Made by a program: the position numbers and the translations under genes. 64,000 bases of DNA from Camelus ferus (lineage: Eukaryota): assembly GCF_009834535.1 (NCBI RefSeq), contig NC_045696.1:27468001-27532000 (forward strand), given 5' to 3'. The notes beneath the pieces are model-generated. The model worked only from the letters and a program-made list of their open reading frames with translations. It was not told the origin of the DNA and did no database searches. This document shows, piece after piece, positions 11,301 to 23,053 of the stretch. Position 1 is the stretch's first letter, and the number at the start of each line of letters is the position of its first letter.

Positions 11301-12999
11301 GCCATTTATTTTAAAATGCTCTTTTAAATTGTCAGAAAGCTTTTAAAATTATTTTTGACTAAAATCAAGAGGGGAATTCGACTACAATGAGAGTAATGTA
11401 TCTCTCTAATAGGGATGACTGAAATCTGTGAAGAGTGAGCCCTGACAGGCATAAATTGGCTCCTGTCTTTTGATATTTAGAAGATGCATTAGCTCTCTTT
11501 TCCTGACAGAATACAGTATTCCATAGGTAGATTAGACCCCATCAAATGTCTACACTAATAACTTTTGTGATTGCCCATCTTTCCATTACAGTGGCCATTT
11601 TTTCATTGTTTTCTGTCTGTCATTTAGTGCTGGGGGGAGGGAAAGACGGGCTTGAGGAAATTTAAGTGCCCTTCATAGCTCTCTCCAGAAAACCATACTA
11701 CAGTTTTAGTTTCATACACTGGACTCCAGGTCCATCACACCTTCTAGAATCCTTGATTAACAGCAGCCTAGAAAGAGTGAAACTCAGACAGTCACTCAGT
11801 GCCACTAACCCATGACCACCTGATATTTTGGCATCTTTGATGATTTTCAAAGCTATTATACGGGTAAAATATTTTCTATGCTCTATGAAATAAATATTTA
11901 GAATTTTATAAAAAGTCTTAAGCAAACAAACTAAAACACATGATAACATTTTTAATATGTGGTGAAGCAGAAGTATATCTAAATATGAAATCAAAGAATA
12001 ATTTAAAGCTCTATCTTAGATCAAAGAATTCCCTTATCCACACTACTATCCGAGAAAAAAAAAAAAAACCTTTCTGGTTTCAAAGATTAGGTGACAGAGA
12101 TTTCTAAAATCTAAACTGATTTTCCTTGCCTTTTTTATCTTCTGCTGGCTTCAGTACATAATGAATATCTTTTTAATATCAAAATTTTCATACTGTGTTT
12201 TCTTAAGAAGGCAAATAATACAAAATTTCTGTTGAACAGTAAAATATTAAAAATGTATTTATTGGTATATATTTTCTAGTATTGTCATAAAATTCGAAGC
12301 TACAGAGTTTCATTTTTCTTAAAGTTAATTTTCTTTTACTCCTAAGTCACAGCAAGGTTATTATGGTAGAGTAGAAAAAGATTTTGAAAATTTTCTTATT
12401 TATACATACAAGGTTCAAGAACTACTCACACTGGAAGAGGCAGTCACAGTTTAATGGGACAAACAGAAATATAACTTTCTTCAAATACATACAAATAAGT
12501 AAAAAGCATAAATATAATAAATATTTGCCACTTTTCATTAATATAATCCTCAATAAGGAATATTGTTTTGGATCTTTTTTTGTAACTTCAAATGCCACAC
12601 AGATCATATACCATAAATATTATGGTTTTTCCATTTTGCCAACAGAAAGTCTTAGCTACTGAACAGTTAAACGCCTTCTCCATATAGAGTCTATTTTACT
12701 TTTGGATGCTTTGTCCCACAACACACTCATACCCAACACCTGCCTTCCAGCTTAACTTCAAAGGAATATGTCCTATAAAGGCATCTGAAAGGAGGAGACA
12801 AATCTGATACCACACTTGTTTTAGTCATCATTACTTTTTAAAGTACATAATAGGAAAATTTAGACTTACTTCTTAAAAGAACACCAAAGCAATTAAAAAA
12901 GAAAAAATATTTAGAAGTGTGTCTTGCAAAGAGACTTTTAAATGTTTCATTACATTAGACAGACAAAGAATAGAGCAGAATAGAATAGGCCACACCTGT

Positions 13000-13190
13000 T
13001 TTGGTTCAGATCCAGCCTCTGCCAATGACTAAGTGTAATTTGTAAGTTTACTTATCATCCGGAGACTATGTTCCTCATCTATAAAATGGGAGCAATGATT
13101 TTATTTACCTCAAAGGATTATTGTAAGAAGAAACAGTGATTCCATAGGGAGCATTTGTAACAGGGCCTGACGCAGAGTACTAAATAAATG
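13000..13190 (+). mobile_element. MIR SINE
   Basis: GGTTCAGATCCAGCCTCTGCC...TTCCTCATCTATAAAATGGGA...TACCTCAAAGGATTATTGTAAG core. Confidence 0.7.
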
Positions 13191-14147
13191 TGAGAGAATG
13201 TGAGTATAATTTCAGATGACTAACACTATTATTTGTGTGTGTATGTATGTGTGTGCTTCTGTGTGTGTGTGTAGATATTTCATACCCAAGGAGTCTTGGT
13301 GAAGTAAAGTAACGTGCCAACACCCAAACTATCTGAGAGCATTGGGGGCAGGATGTATGTCTGACAGACTTCAAAGCCAGTGCTTTAACACTATGATAGA
13401 TCGCCTGCTGCAGCTAAAGGCATGACTTTCAAGACTCGGTATGATCGTGGAAATGCTCCATCAAATGGGTCAATGTAATTCTAATCAAAGTACAAGATTT
13501 TTGTAAATGTGGAGGGGGAGAGGTTGTTTTGGTTTTTGTTTGTTTTTCTGTTTTGTTTTATAAATATATTATTTATGTCTCACTCACAAAAACATTCTTC
13601 TTCCTGAATCCTAGGGTCCTCCCTGCCATATTAGATTTTCTTTGATAGTGATTATGAACAGACCAGCTGTCCAACGTCTCTCATAAAATAGTTCCTAATT
13701 CACATGGAATCGTTTGCCCCAAACTCCTCTCTGCTGTCTTCTTTAAAAAAGCATGTCACAGCTGCATTTCAACGAGGATTCAAGTCATGCCTCATCTGTG
13801 AGCCATCTCGATGGACAACTAACATTTTGAAGCACACACAAAATGGGACCAATAGTGCCTTCCTGTTAATTAAAACCATCCCGACAGCCACTGACTTGGC
13901 TTTTATGATGTAGCTTCTCTCTGTGTTTGCTGAATTGAGTCAACACATCTGCACCTGTAGACTGGCTCATGACGAATCAAATGTGAAAACTGAAGGGCTC
14001 CTTAAAAAAAATAGGAGAGCTGAATTCCTTTTTCCTAAGATAAGCAATTCTCCGGGACCAAATTGTATATGTGTACATCCAGTCCAATACCTACAACATC
14101 ACAATTATTGCTAATAAAGAAATGTTAGCCATTCTGATATCTTAAAG

Positions 14148-14781
14148 CAGCTGTTCTCAAATGATTTGGTGTCAGGAGCCTTTTGGACTCTTAAAAATTA
14201 CTGAGGATTCCAAAGCACTTTTATTTATGGGAACTGTATCCACTTACACAATTATATTAGAAATTAAAATGGAGAAACATTTAAAATACTTACGAATTTA
14301 CTTTAAATTAAAAATAACCCTATTATATGTCAGTATAAATAACAATTTCATGAAAAATAACTATTTTCCCAGACAAATAAACTTAGTGAAAAGAATGATA
14401 TTGCTTGTCATTTTTGCAGGTGTTTTTTTAAATGTCTGACTTAATAAGTAGACAGCTGGATTCTGCTGTCTACTTCTGCCTTTAGTTTGCTTGCAATATA
14501 TTATTTTGTTGAAATATATGAAGAAAAGTCAGCCCAGCCAAGACATCTAGTTGGGTAAGGGAGTATTTTAATAGCCCTATCAGGTAATTATGAATATTCT
14601 TCTTTCATACTATAACAACACTTGACATGTTCCTCGGTAATGACAACGTGGAATCTGAAACCACTTCAATGAACTTTTTGTAATCTGCTATGTTAAAATC
14701 CATTGTTTTATCTTGAATTTTGAATGGATCTTTTAGCCATACATGATTTTGACCTTGTGGATGACACTTTGAAAATCAGTC
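14148..14781. mobile_element. hAT-Charlie1-like non-autonomous DNA transposon
   Basis: Starts CAGCTGTTCTCAAA...TCAGGAGCC...ACTCTTAAAAATTACTGAGGA and ends CACTTTGAAAATCAG, a degenerate terminal inverted repeat. Confidence 0.75.
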
Positions 14782-14812
14782 CTACAAAAACACTTTGAAA
14801 AGAGTATGAATG

Positions 14813-15587
14813 CCCTCCTGCACTGCAGTGTTGGTGGGATTGTAAATTGGTGCAGCCACTACGGAAAACAGTATAGAGGCTCCCCGCAAAATTACAATTT
14901 GAACTAAGATATGATTCAGCAATTTCACTTCTGGGTATTTATCTGAAAAAAAAAAAACCCAAAACACTAATTCTGAAATACATTTGCATTGTAATGTTCA
15001 ATGCAGCATTATTTACAATAGCCAAGATATGGAAGCAACCTATGCCCATCGATAGATAAATAAAAAAGACAGTATATATACACTTTTTCACACACACACA
15101 ATGGGATATTACTTGGCCATTAAAATGAAGTATTGCCATTTGTGACAAACGAGTGGATCTAGAGGGTATAATGCTAAGTGAAATAAGTCAGACAGAGAAA
15201 GACAAATATCATTGTGATCTCACTTACATGTAGAATTGAAACAAAACAAAACATAACAAAACAAACAAAATGAAAACAAGCTCACAGATACAAATAACAA
15301 ATGAATGGTTGCCAGACAGAAGAGGGGTGATGAGTAGATGAATTAAGTGAAGGGGATTAAGAGGTACAAACCTCTAGCTACGTTATAAGTCACAAGGATA
15401 TATTATGCAACATAGGAATATGGTTAATAATATTGTAAACACTTTGTATGAGGATAGATGGATTTCAGACTTATCATGGTGATTATTTCATAATGTATGC
15501 AAATATCAAATCATTGTGTAGTGCACTTGAAACTAACATAATAATATAATGTAATGTGTCAACTATATATTTCAATAAAAACATTTT
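14813..15587 (+). mobile_element. 5'-truncated LINE-1 (ORF2 end and 3'UTR)
   Basis: GTTGGTGGGATTGTAAATTGGTGCAGCCACT and GCAGCATTATTTACAATAGCCAAGATATGGAAGCAACC motifs, AATAAAA near 15574, and a perfect 13-bp TSD AAGAGTATGAATG at 14800-14812 and 15588-15600. Confidence 0.92.
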
Positions 15588-16216
15588 AAGAGTATGAATG
15601 AATAAATCTAGCATAGTGACAAAGGAAGATGTAATCATACAAGGAACTTTATAAAAAGGTTTAAGATTTTGGCTAGCTCATATTAGCATTATATGTTTAT
15701 TTAGCACTGTAAACTGGAAAATAGGCCCATTCGGGGGATGCAGCCTTGCAAACTTGGTATAGGCAGAAAAGAGCCAGTTGGACTCTAACTTCCATCTGCT
15801 CCCTTGGCCAGATTCACCCTTTGCAGTGAACAAACTACACAACTCTACATGGTAGTCCTGGTTACATGGACATACAACGAATGGCAATTCACACATAGTA
15901 GAAAAAAAAAGAAGAAAAAAAAGTTTGCTCTTGTGAACCATAACAATGTGAAATAATTCATGCTATTTTTCAACTTTTATTCCCTCACTTCTGAAGTATA
16001 TTCATGACAAGTTTGATGGTTAAAAGCTCATGGTCAGTAGAAAATCATATCAGGTCCCAATAGAGTGCTTTCATTTCATGACATGTATTATCAGGGGAAG
16101 AAGGTAAGTACATAGAAAACATTAAAAAAAGACAAAAATCTAATTTTTAAACCTTATGAGTAAGAGCTTTTCTTTTTAAAAAGTGAGCAATCCCTTCAGT
16201 TAAAAGGAGTAGCAAT

Positions 16217-16641
16217 GCTCTCAGCCTTAGCACCATCTTCTGAGAAGCCTCCTCGCCATGAGCGCGAAGGGGAGGAAGAAGCGAATGCGCAGGCTGAAGC
16301 GCAAAAGAAGAAAGATGAGGTAGAGGTCCAAGTGAACTTGTACACCCATGGAAGCCACAGGAGCAGAAGCAAGGAAAGCCAGAGGCCAGGGACGCTGTTA
16401 GATACTGTTGGACTGCATGTCTACTGTCTAGAACTTGTCTCAGTGGATCTGGAACATCTACTGCCATTCTGATCGCCTCGACCACCTTTAAGAGACCCAT
16501 CTTGCTCATATCAAAATGAGCCCTTTTGGTCCTTTGCCCTGGACCTGTGATATTCTGGACTAGTTCTGTTCTCAGTTATGGGTGAATGTAACACATGTAC
16601 AATAAACCATCTCTTCTGCTGTCTTAGCTGAAGAAAAAAAA
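16217..16641 (+). pseudogene. RPL41: Processed pseudogene of ribosomal protein eL41 (RPL41)
   Basis: 16258-16335 reads [24 protein letters not shown] against RPL41 [25 protein letters not shown], with a premature TAG at 16321. Intronless, with 5' and 3' UTR, AATAAA at 16601 and an A-tail from 16634. Perfect 15-bp TSD AAAAGGAGTAGCAAT at 16202-16216 and 16642-16656, at a TT/AAAA L1 endonuclease site. Confidence 0.95.
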
Positions 16642-19524
16642 AAAAGGAGTAGCAATAAAAATTTCCAAGCATTTTGATTTTGTTTCAAAAGAAGCTGCAT
16701 GCCACCCAAAGAACGTGACATTTCACGAAAACATTATGAAACGAGATTTTAAAATAGAAAACTCTGTTAAAACTGAAATAGTTTAAAATGTTTTCTTCAG
16801 AATGTGATGAGATCAATAATTGTAGTAGGTTTGCATCAACTAAAGAGTTTATCAGTAAAGATAACTAAGTTAACATTCAGCAAAATGCTCATTGCTCTTT
16901 AATTGTTACACCATGCTGCAACCATTACCAAATTCATAATGTTCTCTTATTTGCTTATCTGAAAGAGTTTTAATGTAAATCTGATTTTTACCAACATACC
17001 TACCATCAGGGAAACTAGCTGTTTCCTACTCTATCTGGTGACCAAATGGTACAATTACAAAACTAAGGAAATTGCTAAACATCAATGTCTTTCATATGGT
17101 AATATGTGGTAAATATGCAATTTTGCAAAACACAGGGTTTATAAATGATGACTCATATGTACTGGAGATTACCAATAAGTCTGAGCAGCCATTTAAAATG
17201 AATATATTAAAAGCTGGTTATGAGTAGATAAATTACTGTATTTGGTACTAATTGTGGTTCTCTTTCCTTTACCACTTTCTGAGCTCATTAGAATCATATG
17301 TTATGTAAATTGCTCCCCTTTGGAAGGTCAGACACTATTGCATCCCTTACCCCATTAGTTTAACCTTAGCTTTCCACTTTATACCAAGCTGTTACAGGCA
17401 TTGAAAGTACATACTTTTAGCAGAGGTAAAGATAATTTTTATTTCACAGATAGAAAGCTTGCATGAGCTATACTGAACATTCACGTAAATTGCACTCTAG
17501 AGCTTGCTAAAATCTTTCTAATAGATATTTGGGGTCTGCCTTTCAACATAGATACAATAAAAACATGAATTGTATTCCATTCCCTACTCTGAAAAGTCAA
17601 TTTTAGAGTTTTACTGAAAATGAGCATTAAAACAATCAGAATAAGCCAAAAATATAAACATGAAGCTTAAAACAATTTAAAGATTTCTTTTAATTACAAA
17701 AAAAATTTAAATTACAAGTATTTGGTGGTAAGGCAGAAAGAAAATCTGATTATGCTCTATGCTTCTCCTAATAATGGTAACTTATGAAGCACTGCATTTC
17801 AGGACAGAAAAATGGTGATCAGCCTGAATCTCTCTACCTCCAGTTTCACTAATGCCCTGTGAGAGGCAAACTCTAGCTGGCCCCAGATATATCAGAAATA
17901 CAGAATACATTCTTCTTTAAACAGAAAACTACATTTCACATCACCTTTGGAATTGTTTAGAGAATCAGAATGAAAATGGCCATATATGTAAAATTATTTT
18001 CAGGTTCACAGAAAGGATTAAGTTATAAGTTTCATGACCTGTTTACTTGGTTCGGAAAGGAAAACACAGCCAGTGTTGAGTCCTATACTGTTAAAAGAGT
18101 GAGAGTCTCGCCCAAGAGTTGCAAACACAAAGGTTATTCCTCTGGAGGATAAGAGGTAGCTATACTAAACCCAGTGAAGTGTCTTAAGCATAACAAGTAC
18201 CTTTCCTCTAATTACATGCTCATTGAGAAACCTAAGAATTTGATTTCCTGGCAGCAAAAGAATTTATGTGCAGTTGTGAATATTCTGGTCTCCTAATAAA
18301 TCATCAAACTGAAAATTAATAAATTGCTATTCTCATTTCCTTTTTCTTTTGAAAGCAGGTATTCACTTGATATTTATAGCAAAGATAAAAGAGTAATTCT
18401 TAAAGAAAAAAGAAGAAAACTAGGGGGAAAAAATGTCTTTTTTTAAAAGACCATCAGTATATTTTATTAAATAGTTATTTAATTCTACTATCATGCACTA
18501 TGCAATTAAAATGATTCATAATATAATTTTAATAACTATCAATATTTATTGCTAATTAACCATTAGGTATCCTACATTGATTTTAATACTTCCAACTATA
18601 AAAACCAATGATGCCACAATAAAAGAATATAATTATTTGACCCTGAAACTCTCCACATTTTAATTAATGTAAAATCAGACACCAATACTGGCATTTCACT
18701 GAAGACATTAAGAAAATATGGATATCAAAATACTTCTGAGTCTTAATATTACACTACCTGATAATAAAGGACTTCTTTATTTTGAATGAGAGAACACATT
18801 AGGGATAGTAAATTTGCCCCACAAAATGAATGATCTTCAATGTATAAGACAATTAATGGTGTATGCATATTTATAAAGAATCCTGTATGGTCCTACCGAA
18901 TAAAGCTTTTGTTAAATTGAAATTTCAAGCCACTTTATATACTTAAAGGTGTCACATATTTATCTTTCACATACTTAACATGTACAAATGTCAAGAGATG
19001 TGTGTGTGTGTGTGTATGTGTGTTTAAGCTTCTATAACTTTTTTACTCCTCAGTGAAAGATGACTTCAAATCATACATAGGTTCACCTAAGAATTGGCAG
19101 TTTTGTAGAATCCTTGCCAAGGAGGCACAGGAATGTTCTACTCGTTCCAATCTCACTAATACCAAATTTGATTCAACTCCTAGAAAGGATCAATGAAAAT
19201 ATGAAATGCCATCAAGTAATTCAGAAGAGAGTTGATTTGTCAAATATTAGGGGAATCCTGAATAAAACTACAGAGTGGAGGAAAAGGGTTAGGACAGTGA
19301 GAAATGGGAAGAAGAAAGAAATTGCAAATGGGAGGAAATTCCAGTGGTTTCCATAAATGTTCCTGCCAAGTCAGCTGAGCAAATGTTTGTACAATGCTTT
19401 GCCCATATGCTATGGCAAATATTCTAGGTATTTCTCTGTTACATTAGAGATTATATTTTTGAAAAGTGTTAACTAATTAAAATATGCTGAAAGCAATGTT
19501 AAAAAAGTATTTTGTAGAACAGAA

Positions 19525-19695
19525 GTTCTACAACCTGCTTGATCAGCAACCCCTGGGAACTCATTAGAATGCAAATTCTCAGGCCCAATTCCAGATCTGC
19601 TAAATCAGAAGACATGGGGGTGGGGCCCAGCAATCCGGGTTTTAACAAGTCATCCAGGTGATTCTGAAACACACAAAAGTCTGAGAACTGCTGAT
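19525..19695. mobile_element. MER5A-like hAT MITE
   Basis: AGAATGCAAATTCTCAGGCCC...GGGGTGGGGCCCAGCAATC...TTTTAACAAG...CCAGGTGATTCTGA...TGAGAACTGCTG. Confidence 0.8.
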
Positions 19696-22600
19696 CTAGA
19701 CTTTAAGAAAACAGACTTTAAGAAATTACACCTTGAGGAGAAAGTTACAGCAGAAAGATCTTCCAGTTTGTCATTGCACTAAATAACACCAAGTATTACA
19801 AAAACAGTGTAAGTAGAAGGAGAAGTTTACCATTAGAAAATGGAATCACAGACATGAAAAAACTTAAAGGATGTAACAGATAATAAGATCCACACTTTGA
19901 GAAGCTCTGAAATCCAATCTATGGTAAATTGTTGATTTCACATCTGTAGTATGGAAGTCTACTTCTGTAGAGCATAGGTAAACATAATTTTTTACAAAGC
20001 TGATGTATAAATAATACAACCCGGGAAATTTACTATACTGAAATTGAGTGGTTAAGTAAAAGTCAGAGTATTCACTTCTTGACAAACAAGAATTTAACAC
20101 CTGTGCTGAACCCCCTATCCTATTTTAATTCACAGACACTGTGAATAACCTTGCCTCATGTATGGATAGGGACTGTATTAGTAATACTGACTGTGCAATA
20201 CTTGGACAGGGAGATGGAAATATGTCCACTGTGCTATTGGAAACTGCTGATCCTGATCTTGCTAAAACGAGTAAGAGAGTCATGCATTAGTAACCTGACC
20301 TTTAACCTGAACTTTCCTTTGGGGAATTTTGAGATGGACTAAATCAATTGATATGGCCATTGTAACTGAAGGCCCTGTCATAATTTTTACAGTTTTTGAA
20401 GGGGGTAATTGGAATTTGAAATGGCCTGTATGTAACATGGAACTACAGTTTTCAATATACCAGAAAGCCAACACACTTGATTTCTTCTTTATACTGTATA
20501 ACACGAAGCAAGCAAAAAGTTAAACAATTTCCAAGCAGATACTGAGAGATTCTGCTATTTTGATTCCAATATGTGCCTGATGAGTCTTTCTTTAATATAA
20601 GAAATGAAAAAATAGTTTAGATGAGAGATAAATGATTTAAAAAAATAAATTTAAGAAATATATCTTGATGGTGTGAACTAATCATTTCCCCTAATAACTT
20701 CATAATTTTGGAGATTATGGAACACAGAGAGTTCTTTTACCGAGCGCAAAGGAAAAACACTTTATCGAAGAGCATATTTCAATATAGCCTTTAATTTAAA
20801 CAATAATTAAATTAAAGCTTAATTTTTTTCTATTTCAAAAACTAAAATATATATTTATATATTTTATATATATATATTGATTTATGCCTGGTCCACAAGG
20901 TGGTTTTTGTTCTGGACAGAAAATAGAATGCTTTTTAATGTCAATGTATGCTTTAAATTATACTAATAAGCAACACATCAGCTGTGAGGTGAGACTACAT
21001 TGAAAAAGACTGCTTCAGCTTACGGAAAATACCAGCTGTCTCCACTCTGTGAAGATGGATTACCACCTGTCCTGTTATCTTCCATACACAATACAAGGCA
21101 CGTTGGCCATTTTAACCAGGATAACTGTACCCATATGTTCTCTAATTCTGTCTGCATGCTGCCTACCACTGAATATTCGTAATGGATCACTGTAAACAGG
21201 AGATTAGCATGGAAGACAGGGTGTTTAAGCACAGTCTAAGCCTCTGTTTTATTAAATCTTCCTTGTTCTCAAAACCTTGCATAAGCTATAATATCTGTAA
21301 TAATATCATCAATTTTAGCTTACTAGTAAAGCATCCACATCAAAACAGAAATCAGTGAGGGTTTCTTTCTTTTTTTTTTTGTAATTTTAAGGCAAAGTAA
21401 ATTCAGGCTACATGTCACAATAAATTAAAACTTAAGTTATTGTTAAAAAATACATTAACCTTTAAAACTATCACATAAAAAATTTTCTAGGAATAAATAA
21501 TTTTGCTAGAAACCTTCTCCATTTCTCATCACTTACAAAAAAGTTACATATTTGAATGTACTTGACAGAAAATAATATATGCAAAGATGTGCAGGTTTTT
21601 AAATAATATAGGTGAAAAAAAGTTACTTTAATTTGAAAAATAAAATGCATATTTAGAATTATGTCAGTTCCTTTACTAAACCTTGAACCAACAAAAGGGG
21701 GTGGACAAATGAATGAATGTGCATTTCTACCGTCAAATAAATGGAGTAAAAAAATGTGCTCCATTATCAAATGCATTTGTGTACTTGGTCAGCCTAATTT
21801 GTAACCAATAGTATGTGAAATGTTGGATGGTTAGCTATTGAGTTCTGTTTTGGTGAGTAGGGTTAACTCAGCTCTGACAAAATCAAACATAAAGTTATGG
21901 CCCTACTATGTCTACACTGCGCTACAGTCAACTGAGCAATGGATCAAACAATAGGTCCATTGACAGCTGATTTACCTAATATTCAATATTTAAGGCCTCC
22001 AGTCAATATGATTTAAACCAAAAGATTAATAATGCAAAAGAATGAAAAAATAATTTATAAAACTAGTAAAAAGTATATTTAAAATCCCACTGCTTCATCT
22101 TAGATTAACTAGAAAGATATAATCTCAAAAAAATGATCTCTCCCCTGTAAATAGTTATAAATTTCAGTACTCTGGGAGAAAATAATGGACTGATACTTGC
22201 ATATGTATTTTGTCTTAGGTTGTTGAGTTCTAACTTACATTAGTCAAACATTTTATTCTTTTCAACTTGTGAAATGTTAGAATTCCTGATTAAATTTTGA
22301 AATAAAAAAATAGGGAGAAGCAAGAAGAGATTAAAGGAACAGATCACAAAAGCTTTCTTGATTTACAAAACTTTTCTTAAAGGAAAGCGGAAAGCTATTG
22401 TACTGGTTAAAGACAGAGCCCTTTTATGTGTGCAGATGGGAAGTACTTCTAGAGGGGGTCAGATTTCCTTAGGCTAAAGACCAAGAAAACTTAACTGCCC
22501 CAGGCCTAGAGTTTTGTAGTGAGAACAATTCATTCATTGACAGCATTAAGATTCGGTAATCAAAGTATGAGGACAAGGGTGTGATTTTCATCTTATCTGA

Positions 22601-23003
22601 GGACAAGTGACTACCAATTCAAAAGAAACAAATGGCATTAAGAAAATGGACTCTCTCAAATGGCTAAGGACTTTTTCATGTGTGATCCTTTACTTCTCTG
22701 GTTTTAAATTTCATTTTGTATAAATCATTGACTATATAAGTAAGCCAAAAGCATACACTGTGTTTGACAATTTCCAGTAACAATTTCATATTATATTAAA
22801 AGCTTTTTCAAAAATCAGAAAGCATAAAACTGTATTTCATTGAAAGCTGAAAAAATATATTAAGTACAGAAATTTACCAAATACTCATTATCAACATTCC
22901 ATAACAAAAGAAAATCTAGCCAAATTTAAAGGTAACAGTTACAATTTTTAAAATACTACTTCACTCAGTGCATGCAATGAGTTTTGTTAAAAAGTTTAAT
23001 GTT

Positions 23004-23053
23004 GATACAACATTGTAAAATGACTAGAACTCAATAAAAAAATGTTTAAAAAA
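23004..23053 (+). mobile_element. Extremely 5'-truncated LINE-1 3' tip (about 50 bp)
   Basis: GATACAACATTGTAAAATGACTAGAACTCAATAAAAAAATGTTTAAAAAA resembles the end of the L1 at 29560-29610. Flanked by TTTAATGTT at 22995-23003 and 23057-23065. Confidence 0.7.
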
